DNA of 63,989 nt, counting the filler, from Diploschistes diacapsis (Eukaryota): assembly GCA_023645945.1 (NCBI GenBank). It is 7 parts of 7 records of this genome, joined end to end, with 100 filler letters (N's around TTAATTAATTAA, not from the genome) between each part and the next. Parts side by side here need not be neighbours in the genome. Positions count along the whole stretch, not along the records: positions 46,386 to 52,194 come from JALAIB010001476.1; positions 52,295 to 58,093 come from JALAIB010001477.1; positions 58,194 to 63,989 come from JALAIB010001478.1; 4 more parts are not named here. One strand, written 5' to 3'. Under the pieces are notes generated by a model. The model saw only the letters and a program-made list of their open reading frames with translations. It made no database searches and was not told where the DNA came from. Of the stretch, positions 49,256 to 61,693 are shown piece by piece. A program made the translations under genes and the position numbers. Numbering within the stretch: position 1 is the stretch's first letter; each line of letters opens with the position of its first letter.

Positions 49256-50428
49256 ATTTATGAAGTCTATTTCAAAGGGGGAAAGCAAGGTAGATCCTTG
49301 TATGTTCTAAGTTTCGCCGGCAGGTGCAAGGTGTTTGAATGAATTTCAGTGCTGCTTTATCAACAGGTAATGCTATCAAGGGTAAAAGAGGCCGCAGAGC
49401 TTTGAAATAAGATTTGTATACAGTGTTGTAGTTATGACATATGTGTTGGGGTTGCAAGTAAAACAGGACGCCATCGCTCATCCCACCACTGACATCCATT
49501 TATTACTTGTGGGTGAGCCGCGACTCTGGGTCAAATGGGATAGCCCAGAGGACCGTTGCATGCATAATTCAGGAACTGTTTTTCGGCAGGTACAAGGGGC
49601 ATCACTGGCAATCAGTTGTAGTGATTTGATCGGAGGAGAGATTTGTAGTGAGTGCCCTTTTCGTAAGGGTTCGGGACGGCTTCGACCAGTGATGAACGAG
49701 ACCGAAGCGACCAGAGTCCTGCAGGTTTCCACAAAGTGTGAACTACCCCCCTCTGCCACCCTTTATAGCGCGGGGGTTGGGGGTTATCAGTTCGTATCCC
49801 ACTAGACATACGAAAACAGTAGGTGTGTGCGTATATACATATATACTGGAGTGGCGGAGATGAGAAGGTGACTGGCCGGTGCCGTTTATTCTGATCGTTA
49901 TCTTGGCAGTATGCAAAATCGGGTGTACACAATAACTGGCTGGAAAGTATATAGGTAGTTTGAGTAGCTCTATATTAACAGGATAATCGAGCCTAGTGTC
50001 TGTAATCTATCAAAATTAGCGGCCACAATAACCGCTACCAAACTGGCCACTAACGCTTATAAGACCATCGGGTACTTTCGTCTCCTTCATTGCTCATCAC
50101 GTGAAACTGTCCTACAACTCACGACGGAACAGCGTTTCTTATCTAGATCCTCTGTTTTCAAATTTCAGCAAAACCATGTACATTCATCACTACCCTCGTT
50201 TTCTCCGCATATCCAAAGATCTATATTGAAGCCTATCTCTTACTCTACTAATACATTTGAACTAATCCGTTGCAACGGTTGAGCGTTGCAACTTTCCACT
50301 ATGCTGAACATCCAGGTTAGTGCTATCAAAATTTAGCGACTTGGCCAAATACGCCGCTAACAGTCACAGCGACCGCTGGGCTCCCCGAAATGCAAACGCC
50401 AGAATGGCTGAAGCACACATCGTGCCGT

Positions 50429-51114
50429 TCAAGAACTTCCCTTGATGGTTGCATTGTACCCATGAACGGTCACTACAGTCTTTGCCTGGTTGGGAAGCAG
50501 CTCAGCAAGGATGAACGACTTTGTGAGGAATGCGTATGGTCCCCCAATGTCTATCGTCTATGATATTGAAAACGCGTTAGTAATTCAAAACTACAGCAGC
50601 TCTGCCTTAGCAGACTATTCACGTGGCAGAACTCACGAATTGCGCAACCTGGCCAGTTGTCAGCCCCAATCCTTCACCACGTCCAATGTACGGGTAGCCA
50701 TCTGTCGTGTTGCCGTAAATCATGACGCTTGCTACCTCGGTGGTTTGATTGTTGTATAGAGTAGGAATTGCAGTACCACCGATGATTATGCCGTTGATCA
50801 TGGGACCAGTGATGTTGCCACCGGTGATGGGCTCGACTATTGCATGGCAGAAGAGCTTAGTTCTTTGAGACTCAAGCAGGAAGGAAAGAAAAAGCGCGAC
50901 ACCAAGGGCCAACCAAGCAACTCACGAATTTCGGCACCGCTGCCCAACGTTTTGATAGGGGACAAAGGTGAGGCGACATTCACAGTCGCAGTGAACAAGT
51001 ATGTCAACGATGGTGGAGTAGGAAGTTTAGAGGAGGTAGGAGCTTCTAATGCTGTCCCGTGCACCGAGATCAAGGACCCAAGCAGAGGGAAAAGGAGAGC
51101 TGGGAAGCGCACAT
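50429..51114 (-). CDS. Secreted DUF3237-like beta-barrel protein; start region appears frameshifted (possible pseudogene or assembly error)
   Basis: Signal-like RFPALLFPLLGSLISVHG; PSLTYLFTATVNV; PITGGNITGP..NGIIIGG; YGNTTDG; last exon GGPYAFLTKSFILA...SS*. The ATG at 51114 is 2 nt out of frame with this. Confidence 0.6.
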
Positions 51115-52157
51115 ATTGTTCGTTTGGATAATTCTTTGGAGAAGCGGCGCAAATCTAATGACTCTAAGATAAGATGAAATAGAGAGATAGTCAACGTCTT
51201 GCTAGTTAGTACTCCGAGGGGAGGAGAGGGAAGATCGAACATATATGCACTTCCAATACTGCCATCGATTCTGGCTTTCAGCCTCATCATCCACGAAGTG
51301 TAGCGGTATTCTGGCATAGGCAGCACTCGATTGATGCTTCATTGTATTCGAGAGTCGGATCCACATTTAGGAAATTCCAGGTTTAAGAATTTGTCATTGA
51401 GACTGCTTATAGAAATTTCCTTATATCTTGACCTAAAGCTTCGTTCGACGAGCTGAACTCAACCGCCGAAGCCGACTTACTTACGCACGTAGTATCATTT
51501 TCTCGGCATCTGCACGTGCTCCATCGCTAATCGTGCCTACTGGAAGCACACTATCCGGAGTTCTTCAGCTAGGTTCCCAAAGAAGTTTGACATAGAATTG
51601 ATAACGTGATTCTGTGTTCGCACCGCAGGCTCTCAACTACTACTATTCAGGCCTCTCCTGACACTTTGACACAAAGCCGTTTGGCCTTGTTATTGGTAGG
51701 TTTCTGGTTAGGTAGGCTTCGGTATGCCTTTCGGCGACTGAGCGGTCAACCGAAGCAACAACATCACACCTTGATCGAGTCGGAGAGAGAGATTGTATTA
51801 ATTCAGATATTAGAATTAGTTTTGAATTAGGGCCGGAGTGTCATTTTCCTGTTTAGCGCGAATTGTATAATGAGTCGTCCCATAACAATGAGCCTGGTGG
51901 GCTGAGATGTCAAAGGATTCTAAGTTTTCGGAAGAGCTTTCCTCCGCCGCCGACTTGGCCCTCTCTGTCTTACGTTTTCTTCGTTCACTTTCCACGTAAA
52001 TGCTGAGATGCGATGCAAGCTGGAGCTGCCTTATAATAAAAAGACTTTTCTTTATGACCCCGTGAACAAGGTTTCTAAAAATGGATGGAACGTCTGATGT
52101 TCGGATTCTAAAGTTAGCTAAAGCTCTACTTCTTTGTGCGCATCTAAACCTCTTTTA

Positions 52158-52194
52158 CGGCAAGTCTTATTCTGCCTACTATACACATAAATTA
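52158..52194 (+). mobile_element. Terminus (end A) of the TIR element, cut by contig end
   Basis: TA|CGGCAAGTCTTATTCTGCCTACTATACACATAAATTA is identical to 45471-45507. Confidence 0.75.
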
Positions 52195-52294
52195 NNNNNN
52201 NNNNNNNNNNNNNNNNNNNNNNNNNNNNNNNNNNNNNNTTAATTAATTAANNNNNNNNNNNNNNNNNNNNNNNNNNNNNNNNNNNNNNNNNNNN
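52195..52294. other. Artificial contig-joining spacer
   Basis: N44-TTAATTAATTAA-N44. Confidence 0.97.
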
Positions 52295-53244
52295 CTCTCC
52301 TCCTCAAGACCCCCGACCCTTTCACAGTATAGCTAGGAGCTCGGGAGAAAAAAAACTCAGACCTCTCCCCCGCGCCACCTCGCCAACAACAGCCGGCGCA
52401 GTTATCGAACAACCACGGCTGTTTGTCGCAGCTCCGAGAATAAGGGAGATTTTTCCCACTTTGGTGGAACAGGGGACGGGGACGTGCTTGCGAAGGTTCC
52501 GTGCCTGCGTGGCTTCAGCTGGAGGAGGTGTTGATGGAGGAGCTGGGACGTGGGATGGCGATACGGGATGGGGGTTACGATGAGGAAGGGCCGGGATGGT
52601 TCCGGGAGGAGAAGTGAGCTGTGTAGGGGGCCGCTCAAGGCAGGGGGAGAGTACAGCACAGAGCCAGACGGATAATCGATTAACCATTAATCACGTGCGT
52701 TAATCGGTTATTGAATATCGGCATAAATATTGCATAGATATTATACAAATGATCGTTCCGACTAATCGCCGGTTAATGGTTAAATACTTATTGATGATAT
52801 CGAGTCACATGACGACGATAATAACTTCGAGAAATGTTCCTTCCAATCTTCCAATATAGAGTTTATTTCCCCGCAAAAAGAATCCCTGTCACACTCGACA
52901 GCTTTTGCAGCTCCACCATGGTCCGTGGCTACAGTTAAAATTCCTTCCTTTCCCCCACCTAACATTTCGTTAACTTTGAGTTGAAGCTAACGTACAATGA
53001 CCGCACAGAGCAGGCATGCCTGCTCCATACCTATCCCTCCTCATATTCCCTCCCCTTGGTTGATTGTACCCTGGCAAGACAGCTCCGTTTGATTGCGGTT
53101 TTTTTTGATGTCATGGCCCAGCAGGTCGCCCTGCAATGGGCCTTATATATTTCCCATGTACCCCACAAGATCATGCAGAACATTCCCGCTGTGGCTTTTT
53201 ATAGATATTTCCAGTCGTTGAAAGCCTTCCTTCACGCTTCAAAC

Positions 53245-56200
53245 ATGATTTTCACCAAGCTCGTTCCCGCCCTGTTCTGGGCGAGCTTGGCCCTGAACGG
53301 CCAAACTACCGCAACGCCAGCCAGCTTGAAGCCAGTGATCAAGCCGTACAAGGACGCACCACTGCAGAACATCGTAACGTGGGACGAGCATTCTGTCTTC
53401 GTTAGAGGAGAGCGGATCATGCTCTTCAATGGCGAATTTCATCCTTACCGACTGCCTGTGACGAGTCTGTGGCTAGACATCTTTCAAAAGCTCAAATCAG
53501 CCGGTCTCAGTGGTGTGTCGTTTTATACTGATTGGTATACAAAACTCAAACACGCCTTCAGTTAATAACTAACGGATATCGAAGGGCCCTTCTGGAAGGC
53601 AGGGAAGGAGACTTTGTGAACGAGGGTATCTGGAGCTTGACAGAATTCTTCGACGCTGCCAGCGAAGCCGGTATTTATCTTGTGGCTAGGCCAGGCCCGT
53701 ATATCAACGCCGAATCTTCCGGCGGCGGCTTCCCAGGATGGCTTACCCGATATAAGGCTCAGGAGCGAACCACTGCTTATCTTCCTTTGACGGAAAACTA
53801 TGTCAGAGGTATTTCCCAAGAAATCGCAAAGGGCCAAATCACGTAAGCTTGCTCGAATCCTAGTAAATGGCATCTCTAAGGTAGCTCAGAAACGGTGGTC
53901 CTGTGATTCTGTTACAGCCGGAGAATGAGTACACCCTCGCAGATTCAGACGTGTCGCCGTTCCCTGACAAGTCTTATTTCCAAGCTGTGGAGGACATGTA
54001 TAGAGCTAATGGTATCGTCGTACCGTTCGTCAGTAACGATGCAGCTCCGGAAGGTTATTTCGCTCCTGGAACAGGAAACGGTTCGGTGGATATTTATGGT
54101 CATGACGGCTATCCTCTTGGCTTCAACTGCGCGAACCCATATGACTGGCCCGACGACGCGCTGCCTACCGACTACCTCGCTCTTCATCAAAGCCAGAGCC
54201 CGTCAACGCCATATACCATATCCGAATTCCAGGGTGGCTCGTTCGATCCATGGGGCGGACAAGGATTCGCCAAATGCACAGAGCTACTGGGTCCCGAGTT
54301 CGAACGTGTTTTCTTCAAAAACAACTATGCTGCAGCTGTCGCCATCATGAACTTGTACATGGTCTACGGCGGGTAAGTCCAAAGCTGATGGCTTGTCCAT
54401 GCCTGGCTGAATTCTTTATCTAGTACCAACTGGGGAAATTTGGGTCACCCTGGCGGCTACACAAGCTACGACTATGGCGCGATCATTGCAGAAGACAGAA
54501 CGGTTACCAGAGAAAAGTATAGCGAGCTCAAGCTGCAGGCCAATTTCTTCAAGGTCTCTCCCTCGTACCTCGTGTCGAATGCAACATACACTGTCAACGG
54601 CTCCTATGTCAACACGCCTCTCATCGGCACGGCTCGCCTCCAGACGAATACAACTAGTCTTTACATTACCCGGCATGCCGCTTACAACTCAAACGGCTCG
54701 ACGACCTACAACTTGGAAGTTCCGTCAAGCGCAGGTGACCTTACTATCCCACAACTCTCCGGAAACTTGTCACTCAATGGACGGGACTCCAAGATCCACG
54801 TTGTTGACTACGATCTTGGGGGCATCAACCTTCTGTACTCTTCGGCAGAGGTGTTCACCTGGTAAGCATGGTTCCTAGGCTCAAGTTTAAGTCTTGGATC
54901 ACTGAAGCCTAGTGCAGGAAGAAATATGGCCAACAGACGGTACTTGTCCTTTATGGGGCGCGGAATGAAACGCACGAGGCCGCTTTCGTTGGCCAGTCGA
55001 AGCCGACGGTTGTCGAAGGCTCGGGAGTGACTTTTGGGTCCATGGATAACGCTGCGATTGTTAATTGGGCAGTAACGCCGGAACGCAAGGTCCTCGAGTT
55101 CTCATCCGGCCTTTATGTCTATCTTCTGGGCATGTACATTTCCTACCTATCACTACCGTAAGCTGACCGGGAACAGATCGTTATGATGCCTACAATTACT
55201 GGGTGATTGACCTACCAGCAGCCTCTCCTGCGGACAACTTTACAACATCCGATCCCAAATCTATCATTGCACGCGCAGGCTACCTGCTTAGAACTGCCTC
55301 GGTCAGCGGAAGCACCGTCAGCCTGACAGGTGATCTGAACGCTACAACGACTATTGAGGTCATAGGAGGAGCACCAGCAGAAGGTGCACTCGTATTCAAC
55401 GGCCAGAAAGTCCAAACTACCATAACAAAGGCTGGCGCGCTGGTGGGCAACGTCGCCTTTGCCAAGCCGCAATTGAGCATCCCGGATCTGTCCAAACTGA
55501 CTTGGAAATACATCGATAGCTTGCCCGAAATCCAATCGACCTATGACGACTCCAAGTGGCCCAATGCGAACCACACTTATAGCAACAACACTATTCAGAA
55601 CCTGACGACACCTACGAGCTTGTTCGCAAGCGATTACGGTTTTAATACTGGCAACCTGCTTACAAGGGGCCACTTTGTAGCTACAGGAGGGGAAACAACC
55701 TTGTCCATAGGGACTCAGGGTGGCTTTGCTTACGGATCTTCTGTATACCTCAACTCAACTTTACTCAATGCATACCCTGGCTTGAGTGCAGATGCGAGCT
55801 ACGTCCAGCATATGACTCTTCCTACCCTCACGGCCGGCGCTCCTTATACTCTTACAGTCCTGACCGACAACATGGGTCTCGAGGAAGACTTTACAGTCGG
55901 TTCGGATACGAACAAAGAACCTCGCGGCATTCTGAACTATACCCTTGCAGGTCGTGATCCTTCTGTCATCACCTGGAAGATTACTGGAAATCTTGGCGGC
56001 GAGAACTACCAGGATCGCACAAGAGGCCCCTTGAACGAGGGTGGACTGTACGCCGAGAGGGAAGGCTACCATCTACCCAAACCGCCTTCACAGAACTGGA
56101 AGACTGCGTCCCCATTCCGGGGCATTGCAAAGCCCGGCGTTGGATTCTACACTACGAGCTTCGAACTCAACGTACCAGTTGGCTACGACATCCCAATGTC

Positions 56201-56548
56201 ATTTGTTTTCATGAACTCCACAGGCACCGAAAACTTCCGGAGCCAGCTTTACGTTAATGGCTATCAATTTGGCAAATACGGTAAGCTTAGCCATTGCAGG
56301 TCAAGTCTCTCACGCTAACTCATCTCTCAGTCAATAACGTGGGACCGCAAACCTCTTTCCCTGTTCCCCAGGGCATTCTAAACTATAACGGCACAAACTA
56401 TCTCGCAATCTCGCTTTGGGGATTCGACACCAACGGAAACAAACTAAGCGGTCTCGAGTTGCAGCCGACGGCAAAGATCATGACGGGCTACGGCGCCGTT
56501 ACCAACAGCCCCATGCCTGCGTACTCGCCTAGGCCTGGCGCTTATTGA
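53245..56548 (+). CDS. lacA: Secreted beta-galactosidase, glycoside hydrolase family 35 (LacA/BgaA type)
   Basis: [46 protein letters not shown], acid/base QPENEY, nucleophile [48 protein letters not shown]. Six introns, one GC-AG. Confidence 0.95.
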
Positions 56549-56920
56549 GTTAGATAGAGGAGAAGTGTCCACGGGGAAAAAAATACAAAGGGGGAGCCTT
56601 GAAAAGCTCATAAGATAGGTATATATGGTTTTGTCAATCTATGGATATTTATCAACAGTAATCTTTTGGAAGCTGCTGCATCTATAGAACATGTCTGGAG
56701 GGGGGGAGGTTTTTACGAACCCATCTGGCAGGTCACCCCGGTGCTATCGCCAAGCCTACAACACATGCTCGATATGTACTGTACTGTACTGAAGGAATGA
56801 AATGGTAAGGCGTACACTTGATTAGTAATCTGGGCTCTTCGGCAATTCTCGGGGACATCTCGGGAGACCTCGGACCGTCCGACACCCGGTCAGGAACTAA
56901 TGGTTAGATGATGATGATGA

Positions 56921-56962
56921 TGACATGTTTGACACGTTTGACACGTTTGACACGTTTGACAC
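56921..56962. repeat. 9-bp tandem repeat (TGACACGTT) x~4.5, preceded by (GAT)n
   Basis: tgacatgtt tgacacgtt tgacacgtt tgacacgtt tgacac. Confidence 0.85.
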
Positions 56963-57180
56963 CTGGATGATTGATTGATTCTATTTCCCAAAACCCAATA
57001 GACGAACTTCAATTCAAATATAGGCCATCTGCAGGCGGATTCATTGACAATGCTTCGTCGTGCTATTTCATGCCATTCATCATCGTCCGGTTTCTGCGCA
57101 GGCTCCCATCGCAACCACCAACCCTAGAGTCTAGGCATTTCTTTGTCGCCGGCCGACCCCACTTACATCGAGTACACACC

Positions 57181-57855
57181 ATGGCTGAAGCCAATGTCGA
57201 GAATGCGCCGACAGGACCCTCGAAGGCATCACAACCAGAAACCAAACCCCTACCCAAGCTTTCTGCAGCGGAGTTCAGGATCTATAACGGCATGGCGGAG
57301 CACATGAATTACTTCGTAAGAAGCTCCATGCAGACAATGAAGTGCCAGTCGCTAAGGAAGGCGCACAGCACAACAATTTCAGAAACACGTGGAAGACCAT
57401 GTATGCAGCTTCTTCCACAGGAAAGCGGCCGGGAGGCATGTCGATAAGGCAATTCGTTTCCATGTGCGAACAATTCTGCCATCATTTGACCATGCACCAT
57501 ACAATTGAAGAACAGCATATATTCCCAGTAAGATTCCTACTCCTGTCTTTTCAACAGGCCAAAGCTCACTTCACTCATCGTAAAGGTCCTTGCAACAAAA
57601 ATGCCAGCATTCAGAAAAGAACTCGAGCTCTTGACCCAACACAAGCAGATCCACAATGGATTGGAGAAGTTTGAAGACTATCTGACAAAATGCAGATCCG
57701 GCGAAAAAGATCTAAGAATGGGGGAGATCAAAGAAATCTTGGATGCTTTTGGCGATGTCCTGTGGGCGCATCTAGACGACGAAGTGAAGCAGCTCCAGGC
57801 CGAGAACATGAGGAAGTATTGGACGGTAGCGGAGATGGAAAGGATGCCAATGTGA
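57181..57855 (+). CDS. Hemerythrin/HHE cation-binding domain protein
   Basis: LPKLSAAEFRIYNGMAEHMNYF|HNNFR...HLTMHHTIEEQHIFP|VLATKMPAF...QHKQIH...LWAHLDDEV. Two introns. Confidence 0.88.
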
Positions 57856-58093
57856 AAGGAGCTCAGAGCTCGCACTATACTACTTCTACAGCAAGATTGC
57901 AATATCTCAGTCTAGTAGTAGCTGTCCTGTAGCAGTAGAGAAGTGCAGTGGCCCAGAAGTGCGCTATGACAGATAGCAGTATTCCACGGTACAGTATATT
58001 TTTTTTGACTACATATATCATGTATAACGTTCCGCGCGGGGCCTGTTCTGTAATTGGACTGTAATTGGACATAGAGTGTTCCCGGAGCAAGGA

Positions 58094-58193
58094 NNNNNNN
58101 NNNNNNNNNNNNNNNNNNNNNNNNNNNNNNNNNNNNNTTAATTAATTAANNNNNNNNNNNNNNNNNNNNNNNNNNNNNNNNNNNNNNNNNNNN
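58094..58193. other. Artificial contig-joining spacer
   Basis: N44-TTAATTAATTAA-N44. Confidence 0.97.
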
Positions 58194-58707
58194 GGAATAT
58201 TGGAGGTTCGAAGGTGTAGTAGAACGGGTTGGGGGAGCGGAGGGGGAAATTTCCGCTTAAGACTCCCCTAAAAGAAACGGGCGACGTTGACGGGGTGGGA
58301 GAAGTCGTAGCTTTGCTTTCGTGGCCAGAGACTGTGTTGCTTCTTACACGTCACGGGGGGCGGATCGATGCCAACTCGTTGCTTGCGCTCAATCAATATG
58401 CTTCTTAATTCGAAATACCATGTTCTGCTTCAAACCCCCTTACCTTCATCAACCACGAGTCAAAACCGGAGATGCCACGCACAACGAAAAAGACAGTATT
58501 CGCGAGCCATCCACGCGCCATCCACGACGCCAAAGAACAAGTCAGAACGAAAGCATAATATCATTCATCGAAGCCATCGCGGATCTAGCACACAGGCTAC
58601 ACCCAAACCCCGCACCGGCACCTCCATTAGCCCTATACCCTCCACACGCCATTCCATCCCTACCACATACACAGCACCTCCCAAACAAGCAACTATTCCC
58701 TCCATCC

Positions 58708-60697
58708 TCAGGCCGCCTCCGCCTCCGCCTCCACCTCCACCTCCAGTTTCTCATCTTCCTCCTTCTCCGGCTCCTCCGGCTCTTCGGCCTCGGCTCCGGC
58801 CTCCACGTCCGTATCATCCGGCGTCATTTCCAACGCGGGCGACTCCGGTCTTGGATCTGGAAGCAAGAAAAAAAGAGATCAGCGAAAGGGAACGGGAGAC
58901 GGGTTGATCTCAAGGCAAGTGCATCGGACAACACCAGCAAGAACAGACCAAGCGTAGGCAGACAATCTCACCCTTGGCCGGAAGCGGAGCAGCATGGGAT
59001 GGGGCACATGCAAGCGTAGCTGCGGGCGAGGCATCTGCAGCTTCGACTGCTAGGAACAGGGGATTGAACTAGGGGCTGGGAAGTGTGGAAAGCTCCTGCT
59101 GGGCGGGTGCTGGCAGACGCCCGTGCAGATGGTTGTACGAGGCTTCGGGTGTCAAAACGAGGGGCTGGAATACGGATTTCTCACCTATTGGCTCCGGAGG
59201 CTCGTATTCGACAATCTTGTGAACGGACGTCCGGATCAGCTTGAGAGGCTCCTTTACCGGTGGCTTCTCGGGGGCCACGTCCAGAACGTGCTCGATGGTG
59301 CCTGAGCTGAGCCTGGGCGGTTCTTCAACGGTGGGCTTCACGCAAGGCATCTCGGCTATTGACTCGATGGCTGGGGAACTGAGTTTTGGAGGAACGATGA
59401 CTGGAGGCTCCTCTGGCTGGACCTCGTGGGCGTGTTGGGTCATTACGAGGGTCAGTTTGGGAGGCTCGATGACCGGCGGCTTGATGGAGACTTCTTCGTG
59501 GATTTGCGCGGTCGTGCTGAGAGTCAGCTTTTGAGCGGCTAGCTTTTCAGGGATCATATCCATGAATGCTGCGATTGAGCTAGAACTCAACCTGAGAGGC
59601 TCCTGGACGGCCTCTTTGACAGGCAGCATCTCAGAGATTTCTGAGACAGCTCCAGAAACAAGCTTCTGAGGTTCCTTGACAGGCTCCTTGACAGGAAGGT
59701 TTTCAGATATCTGCTCTACGGTTCCTAAGGATAGCCTGGGAGGCTCCTTGACTGGTGGCTTTATTGGGACGTTGTCCAAGACTTGCTCAATGCCCCCAGC
59801 ACTAAGCCTCACGGGTGGCTTCTCTGGTGGCTTGAATGGGACGCTCTCCAGCATCTGTCCATGCATGGACACCGCCAATTTAGGTAGAGATTTCACCTCC
59901 GGCTTTATCGGAGCATCTTCATAGATGTTCTGAATATCAGCAAGAAACAACCTGCGTGCAGTTTTATTCGCGAGAGCGACCTTCTTGAGCTTCGCATTAG
60001 ACTGGACAATGTCGCAGGTGTGGCCTCCAATGGTTGCAAGGAAGTACTCGCTCCTGCGCACTTTAGTGACATCAAAGTTGTGTGGGTCCTTTGCATGGTG
60101 CGGATGCAAAACAGATCGAGCTTTATGGACATCCTGTACGAGGTTCAGCAATGTGGTAACTCCCACCGCCAGGCAAATGTAGCTAGCAACAATAGAGCAT
60201 CCTTTGGATTGAACAGCTAGCCTAGGTGGATACAAGGAGACAAGCCAAGAAGAGCAGAGCCAAGGAATTGTCTGGAGAGATTACTTACATCAGAGTGTTC
60301 GAATTGCACCTCGATAATCCATGGACCGTCCTTGGTCCTCCTGCCCAGACCTACATTGCCCTTTGGAAGTGCAATGGTATAGTGGTCATGAATGGTGCGC
60401 TAATAGAGAAGCCACTGTTAGCATCGGGGCCCCTTGGGAATGGGAACTTGGAGAGCAAATGATCGCAGCTCAGCATAGGCTTACCAAATCGTTTTGGTAT
60501 TTTGCCCTAACATCCAATTTGAGATGTTTGTGCATGTCGAGCGCTCCATGGTTGACCTTTTTGAAGTGATGGGCAATCTTGTGCAGGCAGCCGTCAACCC
60601 ATTGATCACAGGAGTGGGGATGTGGCTCTAGATGGGGGTCTGAATGAGAAGGCGGAGGAGGAAAAGGAGCTGTATGAGGATCTGCAGGGTAGCTCAT
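58708..60697 (-). CDS. Orphan protein: His/Pro-rich N-terminus, ~10 tandem ~24-aa P/E/K-rich repeats, acidic tail
   Basis: Multi-exon model from MSYPADPHTAPFPPPP; repeat consensus approx. PPKLSxGxIEQIxExxPVKPPVKE at about 59195-59920; last exon DPRPESPALEM...EVEAEAEAA*. Several splice sites are tentative. Confidence 0.6.
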
Positions 60698-61693
60698 GGT
60701 CTGTGTCCGTAATCTGGATGGCTCGGCTTGAGGTTTATAGGTTAAGATGCCTGAGATAGGGAAACTTGGGAAAGAAAAGGAGGAGAGACGGGAATGGAGA
60801 AGAAAGTATGTCGTTCGTACATAAGAACGGATAGAGAAGCATTTTTACAGACAGCAAGAGCAACGGGTTACCCAAGCTTTCCTTGCCCGAGCTTTCTGTA
60901 TACGGAATTATCAAAAAGAGGAAATTGCAGCTGTAGGAAAGGAAACGGTAGAATAACTTACTCCATACTGCTCTTCCACATGGATATTTACCGTAGTGAC
61001 CAGTATTGACTACCTGCTCCGTGAAGTCAAATTGCCCACGAGATTTGAAAACACCAGGATGACTTGAAGGCAGCTTGTCTACTGCCTGCCGGGCTTGGTG
61101 GCCGTGCCGTCCTTGCTTTCCTTCATTGCTGGTCGTCAAGGAACGTGTGACCGGAGAAGGAGGGTTTCGTGGGATCGCAGGTGCTCACGATGATGTCCGG
61201 GCTGAGTAGAATACCCATGCGATGGAAATTCTGCTATCATTGATTTTTCTGGTGACGATGGCCCTTTGTTGCCACACCATCCATCCTCTTCAAAAACCTT
61301 TTCTCGCCTTTTCCTGTAACGCCATGCTTGTTTGTGACGATGAGGGCTCTTTGCTCAAGCATCCTCACACAGGAGGGGTTTTCTGTCCATAATCACTAGA
61401 TACCGCGGTGTTCATGCAATGGATCGGAGTTTCCAATCAGCATCCACTAACCCACAAGATGAGTAACTCTCTTTGGCAAAGCCAAATCGACGTGGATTGC
61501 CGGGACGCTACACTACACTACTGTGGCCAGCTTCGCCTTATCATGCACACATCCCGCTCGCGTGCTTATCAGTAAGCTACTGGGATCGTAGGTGAGCTAA
61601 GTTATCGCTTTACTCGAGAACGAAGATGATGTATATACTTCAATCTCTTCGGCCTTTCCTTCACATCTCAGAATTGTATGCCTACAGCCGAGC

